Positions 21,801-30,300 of a DNA stretch of 64,000 nt are shown here, piece by piece; the stretch's first letter is position 1, and every line of letters starts with the position of its first letter. This stretch comes from a virus (Duplodnaviria; Caudoviricetes): IMG/VR virus record IMGVR_UViG_2841817361_000001, positions 11,215 to 75,214 of that record, one strand, 5' to 3'. Position numbers and translations under genes: made by a program. The notes beneath the pieces were generated by a model, which saw only the letters and a list, made by a program, of their open reading frames with translations, was not told where the DNA came from and did no database searches.

Positions 21801-23198
21801 CCAAATATTCTTTCTATTTCTCTGTCCATTTGTATTATTTCTAATACTCTGATCTGTTCTAGTGTACAACTGGCCTTCTTCACTATCTAAAAATTCCCCA
21901 AATAGTTTTTTAAGATCATAGTTCTTTTCAACTTCTAAATAGAATTTATTCTCTGCAACATCATCTGGCATGATTTCATTATCTGAACCAAATCTATTAC
22001 TAAAGTCATCAAAGGCGGTTTGCTTTTGATTATCCATCATCGAAGACAATACACTTTGAGCTTTATCTAAATAAAATTCATCTGGCTTATTATAACGTCT
22101 ACTTACCATATCATAAACTTGTTGGTAAGTTGCATTTGGATAAGATCCTAATTCTTGTTGTGTTTCAAGCGTAATTTGAAGTTCTTTTCTTCCTTCTGGT
22201 GTTTGAAGATAATTTGATCTATCTTCTTCTGTTACCAGATATCCGTATTTATCAAATAGTGAATTTGTGTATTTTTCAAGATCAGTTAATTCCGGTTTAT
22301 CAGGTGATAACTTTTGTTTAGCAGCTTCATAGTTATTTCCTTCAACATATTTTTCAGATTCTTTAGTGAAATATTCTGCACCATTATTAGTTATTTCAAA
22401 AGCAGGCAAACCATTTTCTAAAGTAGCTCTAGTACCATCTTTGAGATATGAGGGTTTTATGTATCCTTCCGATTCTAGATCTTTTGCATATGATTCTGGA
22501 TCATTAATATTAGCTCCCGTAAAATCCTGATAAGAATAATCTAAAAGTTCTCCAGGTTTATATTGTCTTGGAGATAAATAACTTTTTGGTAATTGAGTAA
22601 AATCTACCTTTGATTCATCAGGCAAATAAATATTTGGAACCGTAACACCACTATTAAAAGTAGTTGTATTATTACTTGGATTATCATTTGGGAAACTAAT
22701 TGTACCTACTTTATTTATAGCATTACCATTTTCATCCAAAAGAAGATTGTCCATATTACCTTTATAGGCTAATGGATTCTGGGTATTTATAGGTAAATTA
22801 GTTGTAAACGGAGTGCCATTATTTCCAGACGTTAAAGCTAATTCTGAATTTGAATTTACCAAGTTGGAAACTCCATTCTGTTGATCTAATTGATTCTGAT
22901 TTAGGTCTAACTGTGAATCTATTGGAGCACTTAATGTTTCTTGTTGTGTATTTTGCCCTATTGAAATAGGATTTATATTTTCTCCGTTGTTGGATGTTGA
23001 TAAGCCTTGTGAGCTTAATAATCCTGGATTTGTATCTTCTTTTTTTTTTAATGATCCATCTGAATTAATTACTCCAAACACATAATTCATAAAGTCAACA
23101 TCGCCTAATTGATTTTTAGCATCAATAAATTCATTGTAAGTAACATTATTTCCAGCAGCATTATAAAGGTTGAAAAGTTCTTGTAAATCCTTATCCAT
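12855..23198 (-). CDS. Giant polyvalent (ejected) protein with three zincin-like HExxH domains, an ART-like segment and an LPD38-like C-terminus
   Basis: HETVH, HEFSH and HELAH motifs each followed by a distal Glu helix; GIFVTPSRMNAESY...KVYSKKV segment; LDFNQGG...IPYLNAATQG; follows two smaller ejection genes; probable start MDKDLQELF at 23198 (track start 23228). Confidence 0.75.
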   Translation of the reverse strand: MDKDLQELFNLYNAAGNNVTYNEFIDAKNQLGDVDFMNYVFGVINSDGSLKKKEDTNPGLLSSQGLSTSNNGENINPISIGQNTQQETLSAPIDSQLDLNQNQLDQQNGVSNLVNSNSELALTSGNNGTPFTTNLPINTQNPLAYKGNMDNLLLDENGNAINKVGTISFPNDNPSNNTTTFNSGVTVPNIYLPDESKVDFTQLPKSYLSPRQYKPGELLDYSYQDFTGANINDPESYAKDLESEGYIKPSYLKDGTRATLENGLPAFEITNNGAEYFTKESEKYVEGNNYEAAKQKLSPDKPELTDLEKYTNSLFDKYGYLVTEEDRSNYLQTPEGRKELQITLETQQELGSYPNATYQQVYDMVSRRYNKPDEFYLDKAQSVLSSMMDNQKQTAFDDFSNRFGSDNEIMPDDVAENKFYLEVEKNYDLKKLFGEFLDSEEGQLYTRTDQSIRNNTNGQRNRKNIWNAFSNWTNQKELLDIEAKQNNISNLKYNVQSAAETGDFNLVNQYVNQINTVQNSIQNNIKNVQQNDSITSDVNKIFTRVNKEDSEAQDFQARVLSGDGIARTQNILGQVVLGLGQSAMDASSGILRILTTPFSQDVKDSVDQLNEPLKLGNIEISPLRTNVTKYSDNSGRVFEERNGKLFQIENGIYKPVSNISGLKETGKDSEYNPSGMAFLTGKMAGDILITNEVGGLINNTITNNAISLASKTTQAFGAESEIAKQARNFARYAQSANSVENKSVSGWFVQMYNDSYKSAEDSGISSTAGKTVYATVNSFIQSLIQRINPDSKFLSGFNNEYKQLLSSLSTSNGERILANAKSLFSKIGDNVVGETKEELIQQVVGDMTNYVTNIISGSDFKLTDGEGYKDVVIGTIAPSAIASLMGGSGSRNIKLGNNEINLSNYNRSQLLTELSRFDGADNMLNVMSNDSSFDSYSNTLDEVKNEVLTRKKYLNKIPDSQNYSTDSLDNAIKVLQQLETKRTDLNQADAAFKPRIESEISSLESQVEQILNETPNNESTTSPEQTPEGTQGQEKTNTESSQDSFTRPEPTGSNSSPSYLIKDKSLIEKLQKAGVEEKVIQALPENFRINEKWLMGDKGESILSRVMKSALVAGQNYSVVERDNNDQILNYDTGRVDINKLAKFFGKDVLYHETVHAATVLTMEDMRINPQNYTEEEMAAHDNLYSEIKKLNQLKKSGNKVNPKGTSLYGLSNQYEFVAEFMSNNKFREWVGTISNESSNTESNNLLQKIWNNIKSMLGLNTNKPNIDSEYLNNIQNNIDLILNKQRETNEKQGNQQNDIRQNTQQPEQQSSFNENTSVESTNSPIETIRQNENAQTSNVSEEVNFDDLLSRVNKIFNDQTRSSTNSNERVQSAPDINQEQQTSKSETVQANELPGSTNQVEVNPNDLRSQETSVSNELNPNQTRLSENVIATTKEIRLPDGDNGFRVTVTDNNGNLIEDRNGDSEFDFSDQSEVDKFINQKQRGFSLSKQPKIKTDVPVTESTASTNYVGKRVSFNQFGDTRSGVVESENKGRLTIKGDDGKTYFTGSPLVQNLKDESGNPIQLQRSSENFIPISQEAFDSLIEKLKKPFSKAFKNLSITTDWNEFLNKSKSLGLNINFDAKFLINDNARKEKQLELINKKNPAPNDYNTWIRTTNDILTADEAFKEAFQDGEMYPDFTVEDMQNVLDSGEVTVYSSYPIKEGIFVTPSRMNAESYSGEGKVYSKKVNASDLAWIDQGEGQYAPVKFMRNNNGTIYGAKLPDGTIYINPEYLNANTPIHEFSHLWEQLMPSRFKKGVELLKQTKTGKEIFNRLKSEGNYNNLSDNELWNEALNTHIGNYGEWQYQERQARGKMAEFVQWFKAFFNKIGEVLGIGNLNPNISLNNFSNKVLGDISGNKSLTPESNYSSSAGTNFSIRNDNTNKLKIKDDVELSNFFGDNTTSIDELIAKGYKVSDDIANLARKFGTKIYIINDNLFDKSKSQINNYVNDLMKDYQILIDNGTYEESYIRQELLDNITKSLVENGEGEANGNSIYLQEWVNDSNNTPKTKVLQHELAHVFTSYYLADKIDSSQLNEQELTFRNEARSAYEEALKNPNKTNAYGYSNTYEFIAEYIANDNFKSEVDSYLDTLNNPEPKSLLTRIVDYIKGLFGVKNNTELKQEFQLQKSIDDHINRLKDADDSINLQAYSGVRFMIKKLMPVSTIQEVLNETETNGIEAGLAKFKESAFYKSLSDKQKALIDSEGITKLMQEQVILHREDQINKKKTSVEKAKEQTSKKEKEIAFNKIEKIHENYKNKIEELRKSNKSYREKVAERKRQAKEAYDNTVIFLNQNMISGKITPTEVSRLLKAATGILSTRNSISNFNKFTELFNKINTKAEERNKTQIERTTDKYNEVSQNVEQQFNSGKSLQEIKDSFNSIDEQRMAESTYNRLANKTISPEEARKKLDDSYKSSKEVLTKRFKDENGNVLLRNEKINAWRKKKFESFMTKSADRQFIPKRILENIGASPVVDRMIAYSGTSTKAKEEFKKVDEKVYEGLNVSELELLDKIISAKRFIAIDKNREEKGLPVVDHPGYQDASTAQKALDAYKSEIGEDTFSKLAKRANTYFDAFKSLLSDMRESGLISNEVYEELKDVDYQPRKFLRYILDADGELMSSDRTMFRNENGNLSKEQIIGLSEGDASDMLMDSKWLIQSALTSRYKAIGMNEVNRTFFTKYYPDAKAKFESINPDNIPEGDKKFFKYFKQLQSNIKENRIIGFTESGKPKYESTTPEGYKIAYYYENGVRHQVFMKEEFHKMWHDTMDKLINSKTANIIGWVSGSKIIKSFATGNNPFFFITNTPRDFGHALLFSEEYNSFLLTSAAKLTKDSIKAIGEIYKHNNTDKDNLLSKYIQYGGGMEWLNQQGEIKDLTSLTNTISYFIGKQISHKIKSILETIFSVARLKFMANYSETMFRVAVFDRSLQNQLKEYNKLNNTTYKSVEELSKEVKDNMYYRAVSSSRGLLDFNQGGTFTKAGEAAIPYLNAATQGTRVALQTINKRPIATTVRLLQAGAGSVAFMASLAQLLIAAFRPPEKDKETVEKSYIDFLDGISPSQKQNYWNIPIGWSKESKQWKVLKVAKTEFLTPLTTAMEGLYEDYLRGKNGYKKRGTDKILDNTIHAFSEKVDPLHFTSVLKNPTSIQGYGNALKEIRSTVPLDKAIFQNSTGYDFFREQPLSFDIGKVPRTYEGESMKNVEEFYKKLGKTLDGSPVRMKAFVESFVTSPSTNPLVGILYGGADAIATDVSAKEKVKNVYEQAIKRLINETTDFNVQLNKKALIEDELKQNEIQIAKIKSSAKNIYDKYGSKELIMKNINNIKIEIAKETKDPEERKMMAKRIKSLMDKEGIEPMVFDVKYGANNNKNKAILIYSYLEGMTPEQQTKFKLQLKTQKVLTKNVKAEYIKYKNEVEGN

Positions 23199-23216
23199 TG
23201 TATTATTAATATAATA

Positions 23217-23256
23217 CCAAGATAACATCCAGATATACTTTTGGTGGTATTGCTAC
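23217..23256 (-). promoter_or_regulatory. Putative late promoter for the giant gene
   Basis: GTAGCAATACC-N21-TATCTTGG, same spacing as the other copies, directly after a terminator. Confidence 0.5.
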
Positions 23257-23259
23257 AAT

Positions 23260-23282
23260 AAAAAAGCTCCAATTAAGGAGCT
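23260..23282 (-). terminator. Intrinsic terminator closing HEPN-like module B
   Basis: Minus strand AGCTCC-TTAATT-GGAGCT followed by a T run. Confidence 0.7.
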
Positions 23283-23307
23283 GTTATTTATTACTATTTT
23301 TATAAGA

Positions 23308-23637
23308 CTAAATATTATTATTTGAGTTCGTTAATATTTTACCCAATTCAATAATATTATTATGCATTGTTAACTTTAATAAATTATCATCTTTTATTAT
23401 AATTTTATTTTTTGTGATATGTTTATCTATATAATTGGATATTTTACCAGTTAATCTTATAAGTTCTTTAAATAATTTATCAAATTCATCTTTATGATAT
23501 TTATTCAAGTTTAAATCATTTTCAATAGTTTCAGAAATGACTATAAATTTATGAATAAATATATTTAATTCCTTATTTATTTCTTGATATTTAAAACTAT
23601 CAAACTGATGGTTAGATTCTATAGTATTATTATTCAT
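23308..23637 (-). CDS. Hypothetical helical protein, third gene of module B
   Basis: Overlaps the HEPN-like gene end by 8 bp; extremely AT-rich. Confidence 0.45.
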   Translation of the reverse strand: MNNNTIESNHQFDSFKYQEINKELNIFIHKFIVISETIENDLNLNKYHKDEFDKLFKELIRLTGKISNYIDKHITKNKIIIKDDNLLKLTMHNNIIELGKILTNSNNNI

Positions 23638-24010
23638 AACAGCATTCTTTTATATTTGATAAATATCTTAGTGCTTGATTAGCCTCTGCTTCTGTAATAT
23701 TATAATCTTCATACCTTGAGAATCTTGACTTATCTTCTAACCATTTATATTTACTCAAAATTGATGGAAATTTTTGTCCTACAAGTCTTCTTCTTGCTGT
23801 ATGCCTAGAAATTATGCTTTGAGCATTCATATAATCTCTTAATGAATTACAAGTTTTATCAAGAAACGTAATTGGAAAGGCTTTATCCTCTATATAATGA
23901 ATAACTGAATAAAATGATATAGTAATTGACCAATCAAAATATATCCCTTCATCCTTTAATTTATTTGATAAAATTTCATTCCTATCCCCATGAGGTTTAC
24001 CACAAGACAT
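23630..24010 (-). CDS. HEPN-like protein, module B
   Basis: DWSITISFYSVIH, SRH and SRFSRYEDY...EAEANQA pattern. Confidence 0.68.
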   Translation of the reverse strand: MSCGKPHGDRNEILSNKLKDEGIYFDWSITISFYSVIHYIEDKAFPITFLDKTCNSLRDYMNAQSIISRHTARRRLVGQKFPSILSKYKWLEDKSRFSRYEDYNITEAEANQALRYLSNIKECCYE

Positions 24011-24024
24011 AATAAAGATAAGAA

Positions 24025-24519
24025 TTATTTAATTTCATGTATGAATACATAACCATCAGAATAGATTTTATCAATCTTAATATTATCAATGCCAATGAAA
24101 CCTATTTCAAATAAATTGTCATATAAATCATTAAAATTATTTTCAAGCATAGTTGCTTCTGAATAAGCTATATCCACAAAATCATCATTTAATAATAATG
24201 AATTATCAACACCTATAATTGACTTAAATTGTATTGGATTAATGAAAAACTTATGAACTTTATAATTCATTTTCATCAATTTATTAACCAAGTTTTGGGT
24301 AAACAAAAAAGTATTAACACTTTGATTTTTAAACTCTTCTGTGAATGTTTTTATAAACTCTTCTTTTCCATGTTTCTCACCAGCAACAAAAGCTTCCGTT
24401 ACAACATCAATATGGAAGTAATTATCCTTAGGTTTAATATGTTTTAATTCATCATTAACTGTTGATAAAAATAAATCAACTGCTGAAGAACCGTATCTAA
24501 CTTCTTTTATACTTGACAT
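24025..24519 (-). CDS. Partner protein of HEPN-like module B (putative antitoxin)
   Basis: Homologous along its length to 11961..12425 (e.g. FFINPIQFK vs YYINPFDFK). Confidence 0.65.
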   Translation of the reverse strand: MSSIKEVRYGSSAVDLFLSTVNDELKHIKPKDNYFHIDVVTEAFVAGEKHGKEEFIKTFTEEFKNQSVNTFLFTQNLVNKLMKMNYKVHKFFINPIQFKSIIGVDNSLLLNDDFVDIAYSEATMLENNFNDLYDNLFEIGFIGIDNIKIDKIYSDGYVFIHEIK

Positions 24520-24560
24520 GATACTTGGTTGATTTGAATTGTTTTGTTGTTTTTAGGAAA

Positions 24561-24568
24561 CAAAGTTA
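24561..24568 (-). promoter_or_regulatory. Host-type -7 box for module B
   Basis: TAACTTTG on the minus strand about 40 bp upstream of ATG 24519. Confidence 0.55.
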
Positions 24569-24675
24569 AACAAATTTCGTTCCGAAACAATAAACACACC
24601 AACATTTTGAGTTTCATTTTGTTTTTATATTTTGAAAATCAAATATAATTCAATACAACGACAAAACTTGACGCA

Positions 24676-26187
24676 TTAAAATATATCTGCATCATCCCCT
24701 AGATCTTTAGATTTAAATGATATTTTAGTATTCTTATATATTGAATTGTTTTTATTTATACTAGTTGGTTGTTTAATTAATTCTCTATCTGAATTTGTTA
24801 ATGTAGCCTTAACAGAAATTGGATTGTAACCCAGCCCCCTAACATAATTATTAAATTCAGTTTCAGATATCCTACTATAAACAGATTTGCCATCATCGGA
24901 CGGAGCACCTAAATACCAAGCATTTACTTGATTCCCTTTTTTATTAACATATGTCGATAATCCAAATGTATTATTACTAGCTGGCATACCTTTTACCTTT
25001 GGGAGAGTGGTCGTACTCATATTTTGTCTTCTTGTACCAATTACATTACCATCATTATCTTGTACTTGAACTATACTACTGGTATTTGATGGCATAATAC
25101 TAACATTAGCTCCTGAGCTACCATTACCTCCTCCTCTACTACCACCATTTGCTAACCTCATTATTCTTTCTTGAATCTGAAGCCCTGCGTTTACTAATCT
25201 CTGATTATCTATTGCTAATTGTGTATCAGTTTTTGTTCTTTTTACACTTTCTAATTCTTTAGCACCAGATTCCATTATATCTACCCCAATTTTTATTGCT
25301 TTGTCTAAATCTTCTGAATTAGCAATATCACGTTTATAAGTTCTAAAAAATAATTGGTTATAGTTTTTTGGAATTGCATTAATATTAAAATCTTCTGATG
25401 ATGAATAACCTATAGATGATTTTAAATAATTTATAGCTCTATCTTTATCAAACGCTATAGTTTCATATGATGTTATTCCATCAGAATTTCTTTTTTCTTG
25501 AGTAATTATAGATTTTCCAGCTTTATTTAAACTTGTAATTAATCCCTTATCACCATCTAATAAATTGTTTTCTAATCCAGATGTCAATAAATTCTTAGCT
25601 TCACTAAGTTTCATTATTACAGCTTGATCTCCCATTTTTGAATCTGGTGATCCTGCAAACGCAACTGCTATATCTCCATCCTTATCTCTAATCAATTGAA
25701 CATTTGATGTTGCCAAAGATTGCATTAAACCAACTCTATTATCTCCTTCAAAATAATCTCCACTATTAAGCCTTTCAACATTCTTTCTAAAAGCTTCCTG
25801 GTCTTCTTTAGAAGTCATAAATGTTCCTAACATCTTAACATCATTACTAAACTTTTGAGCCTTTTGTAATTCTGCTACTCTTTGTTCATATGGTATTGAA
25901 TAATCTAAGGCTCTTGATTTAGCAGTAGAAACCATATCTATCCCTTGTCCAACAAAATCATTATAAGCATTCTGAAATGGTGCAACTGTCTGTAAAGGAT
26001 CTAACTTAATATCCTTATACATATCATATAGGTTCTTGCCTTGCTCTTGTTGCATCTTTAGTTTTGCAGCTTTCTGAGCCTCACCTCTTTGAATCATATA
26101 ATTAATAGATTGAGAAACTAAATCCCCAACTTTTAATTCTGTTGGCCTTAAAGGCTGATAAGCAATAAATGTTCCTTGTCCTGCCAT
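24676..26187 (-). CDS. Internal virion / ejection protein (medium)
   Basis: Helical 503 aa with a Gly-rich linker, between the small ejection gene and the giant gene. Confidence 0.55.
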   Translation of the reverse strand: MAGQGTFIAYQPLRPTELKVGDLVSQSINYMIQRGEAQKAAKLKMQQEQGKNLYDMYKDIKLDPLQTVAPFQNAYNDFVGQGIDMVSTAKSRALDYSIPYEQRVAELQKAQKFSNDVKMLGTFMTSKEDQEAFRKNVERLNSGDYFEGDNRVGLMQSLATSNVQLIRDKDGDIAVAFAGSPDSKMGDQAVIMKLSEAKNLLTSGLENNLLDGDKGLITSLNKAGKSIITQEKRNSDGITSYETIAFDKDRAINYLKSSIGYSSSEDFNINAIPKNYNQLFFRTYKRDIANSEDLDKAIKIGVDIMESGAKELESVKRTKTDTQLAIDNQRLVNAGLQIQERIMRLANGGSRGGGNGSSGANVSIMPSNTSSIVQVQDNDGNVIGTRRQNMSTTTLPKVKGMPASNNTFGLSTYVNKKGNQVNAWYLGAPSDDGKSVYSRISETEFNNYVRGLGYNPISVKATLTNSDRELIKQPTSINKNNSIYKNTKISFKSKDLGDDADIF

Positions 26188-26191
26188 TTAT

Positions 26192-26959
26192 TTATAATAT
26201 CTGTGGAGTATTAAACTTTACTTTTTGCCTTAATGCATTGTAGTCTATAGGCTGCATAGGGTTGAAATAAAATCCATTATTAAATATTGGAGAGTTAAAC
26301 AATGAATTATTATTTAATGAACTTGTCATATTTGACTGTATTTCTGGTGTTATAGCTGGAGTAATGGTAGGCGTTTGTATACCAATTTGATGCCCTGATA
26401 TAGGAGTTAAACTTGGTGATGAATTATTACCAGAGTCACCACTAAACACTCCACTTGCTGCTGCATTAGCAAGTCCTAATCCTGATTGAACCATAGTATT
26501 AATACCACTAGTTCTTTCCTGTCTTGCATTATTTAGCTCATTACCTAATCCTAATAAATCATCGCGTTCACGCTGTTCTTGCATCTGTTGAACCATAGCG
26601 TTCCCTTGAGCTTTCATATTCTGGTTTTGGATATATTGCTGATCAAGATTGGCTGCTATTTGTTGTTCTGCTGCAACTTGTTGTGCCATTAAATTTGGTA
26701 ATCCTCCAACTAATCCTCTACTTCCACCCATTGAAAGAAAATTAGCATTTGTTGCCATTGACCTTGCTAAATCTTCTCGCTGAAGATCTGCACCCATTGT
26801 TGAAACCTGTAATGTATTAAATTGATTTTGTAATGTTTGTCTTTGGTAATTATCTATTTGTTCCCGGATTCTTTTAGCCTGTCTGCCCGCTCCAATACTT
26901 TGTGCTAATCCGGAACCTATTCCTACTACCCCTCCGACTACGGCTGCTGCTGCTGGCAT
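26192..26959 (-). CDS. Internal virion / ejection protein (small, pilot-like)
   Basis: G/A-rich hydrophobic N-terminus MPAAAAVVGGVVGIGSGLA followed by Q-rich helices. Confidence 0.65.
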   Translation of the reverse strand: MPAAAAVVGGVVGIGSGLAQSIGAGRQAKRIREQIDNYQRQTLQNQFNTLQVSTMGADLQREDLARSMATNANFLSMGGSRGLVGGLPNLMAQQVAAEQQIAANLDQQYIQNQNMKAQGNAMVQQMQEQRERDDLLGLGNELNNARQERTSGINTMVQSGLGLANAAASGVFSGDSGNNSSPSLTPISGHQIGIQTPTITPAITPEIQSNMTSSLNNNSLFNSPIFNNGFYFNPMQPIDYNALRQKVKFNTPQIL

Positions 26960-26962
26960 ATG

Positions 26963-27367
26963 TTATATGAATTTGGTTATTAGTTCTGATACTTTATCTG
27001 AGGTTTCGGTATATCCTAAATTCTTGAAATCATTTATCAATAACTTATTATCAGTCCATGTAATAACATGGGTAAAACCTAATCCTCTACTATACGAAGA
27101 TAAATCAGCAATGAATTTTTCTCTTGTTTGCTTAGGTAACTTATTCTTATAATTTGGATTCCGGGTAATAAAACCTATCATCGCCATTTTAGAATTACTA
27201 CACCATACAAATCCCATATATATTCCTTCTTTTGTAAACGCATGTTGAAGTACTAAGCCAGTATCAGGATACATACCTTCATCTAACTTATTTAGTTTCC
27301 ACTGTTCTAACCAATTATTTACAACCGGAATATCAACAGATTCAATTTCTCTTAGTTCTAATTCCAT
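26963..27367 (-). CDS. GNAT-like protein between nozzle and ejection genes
   Basis: Size, position and FKNLGY C-terminal motif resemble the GNAT-fold gene of podovirus morphogenesis clusters. Confidence 0.45.
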   Translation of the reverse strand: MELELREIESVDIPVVNNWLEQWKLNKLDEGMYPDTGLVLQHAFTKEGIYMGFVWCSNSKMAMIGFITRNPNYKNKLPKQTREKFIADLSSYSRGLGFTHVITWTDNKLLINDFKNLGYTETSDKVSELITKFI

Positions 27368-30300
27368 TATAAATATGATTTTTTGACTTCAGTAGTTGTT
27401 GATGCTATATAAACATATTCATTAGAAGTTTTTGAAAGTTCAACTTCTAACCATTTTCCTCTCATAGGACTTCCATTAGGATTATATTCCAAAGTTCTTT
27501 GTGGGGTTGTAAACGCAAATTGCCCAATAATAAATCCAGTATTATTTGATACTGTTATAGTATTGCCATTTATATTTGTTATTGCCGAACTTATATTGCC
27601 TTCTATATTTAAATCATCACCAACATTAATCCCATCGGGCATATAATTAAAAGTAACTTCATTACCATTTACATGTGATATTTCTCCAACTCCTTTTGCG
27701 TTATTGATGCCAATTGTATCTCGGTATATTTCAGTGTAATAAAAGCTTTCTTTGTATTTATAATTCGATTCAGGTACAGTGGATTCAGTAAGATTTGTTT
27801 TAAATGAAGTATTCCACGGAACATTAGATTGTAATGAATGTGCTTGATAAATAATATCTGTATTCATTTCAATATTTACATAGTATTTTAATTTACCAGT
27901 TTTAGTTCCCTGGTTTGCGAATATACTGTAGTCATTACCTTTTTCAGCTTCATATAAAACACCTTTATAAGATTGGAATAACTTACCATTTGTTCCATGT
28001 AAATAATCGAAATTATAAGTCATAATATGACTAAAACCTTTATAATTCTGATTAAAACTATAAGTTAATTTGTTATCAAAACCTAAAACATATTCATCAT
28101 GAGCCTCATCATAAGTACCAATGAATGTTGAGCTTGATTTTAATAAATCTATAGTTTCTTTAAACACTCCACAATTCTGTCCGTTCACTTCAACTATTTG
28201 ATTCCCGGATAATGCTAAAATTCTGGTTTTATTTTTATCTGTAAAATATAAAATATTACTATTAACTGCTATTGATTCAGGATTATAAGAAATTCCATAA
28301 TCATAATCTAATTCAATTATATCTCCAAGTACATCATTTGTTGTAGCCAAACTTTCATTTCCACGTAGATCAAGAATAACAGATTTACCAAATAATACTC
28401 TAAATATTTTATTCGGATTGAATACAACTAAATCTGAATCAGTAGAAATAATTCTCTGTCCTTCTCCATATTTTATGGGTAAAGTTTTCCAATTGGCTAA
28501 TGTTGAATTGAAAACTGGTAAATTATTTATTCCTAATTCATAATTGAAAATTCCTCCATATGAAATATCATTTTTCCGGTGGATTTCTTTATAACCTCTT
28601 AACAATACTGAATTTGGATGAAAACTATTTTCTAGTTTTTTTCCATTGAATTGATCTTTAATTTTATAAGATTCTATTCCATTACCCCAACAATAACCAT
28701 TATAAAATTCAATATCAAATGTTGGCATTCCTGCTTCTATTCTATCAGGAATAATATTACCGTCTTCAACTTTATAAGTTTTGTAAGTTGGATAATATAT
28801 ATTGTTTAATTCTTCTTTATTTTTAGTTCTAAAGCTAATAGGGATAATACCTCTTTGTAGCTTCACTTCAGATCTAACTTTAACTTCTGCATATTCAGGG
28901 GGAACTGCTGTCGAATTTACAGCCCAATTATACATTCTTGGGATCTGTTCTTTTACATAATCCGGAAATAAACTATTTGTAAATAATGAGACCTCATTTA
29001 ATGTATTATTACCATAAACAGTTAAATATGGACTCTTTAAGTTATCTATAAGTAACTCATAAATGCTTGGATATTCTTTCGTTGCAAATATTTGTTCTGA
29101 TACATTTATAGAACCATATTCATCACCAGTTCTACCATAATGAAAGTTAATACTAAAACTAAATAGGTCACCTTCTTTAATTACTCCATAATCACTTTTT
29201 AAAAAGTCGGCTCTGTTATTTGTGGAATTATAAATTATACTTCCTATTTGTCCCGAATAAAAGCTAGTAGCATCATATCGTTTAGGATTTGTACTTTGTT
29301 GCACTGCATCTATTGTCCTCCAACCACTTTCACTTATAATAGGAATGTCTTCTCCATTCTTAGTAATGGTAAAACTATCATCAACTTCAATAACAGCATA
29401 TACTCCATCTCTAATAACCCCATCTTTTATACCATATTGTTGAACTTCTGAAACCTTATATTCTTTGTAAACGGAACTGTCTGTACGAATAATAACATCA
29501 TCTTTTCTGATTCTGTTAATATTATCACCTGTAATACTTAGAAAAATTTTATTCCCTACTTTCCGTGCATAAGTAATATAAATGTTTTCATAGTTTAGCT
29601 TTTGAGATAAAACTGCGAACTTTGCTTTCGTTGCCCAACTAGGAGCATCAGAAACCATTTTTACAAATAAACTATTTATGGTATTCTTATCTTCAAAACC
29701 TATTGTAGCTTCAGATACATTTTCGTTTTGTGGAAGTAATATTGAGGTTCTTTCATTGTAATCATTATAGAAAATAACTCCAATTTTATACTTAAATAAC
29801 GAAACAACGGTATTGTTTTTAATACTTGATGAATATGGAGTATTTTTAACTCCTACATAAAAATAAACATCAATATCATCACCATTAATACCTTTTAAAT
29901 CTCTGTCTTCTTTGTAATTGTAATATACTAATCTGTTTCCAACTAATTCCTGAGATTTAGGAAATCTTGGCATATTTGAATATAAATATTTAGTCTCTTC
30001 ATCAGTCAAAACTTCATAGTTAGAAGAATAACTATAATCAACGAATATTTCTGAATCATCATTAATACTAGCTTTTTTCTTATTAACATTGTAAATTCTA
30101 TAAGCTGTATTACTTAATTGTTCCCTGGCATAAACTTCTACATCAGTAACATTATGACCTCCTGAATTAATGGATAACTGAAGCTTATTAAATTTGTTAA
30201 CCATAGCTTTATTTAGCCTATCTTCATCAACTTCAAAAGCACCATCAGTTTCAAATGAGCAATCAGAATAAAAAGATAATGGTGTATAATCTCCATCTTT

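Noticed and set aside
12855-23228. Virion RNA polymerase as in crAss-like phages
   Set aside because: I found no DxDxD catalytic motif in a polymerase-like context; the motifs present are peptidase-, ART- and LPD-like
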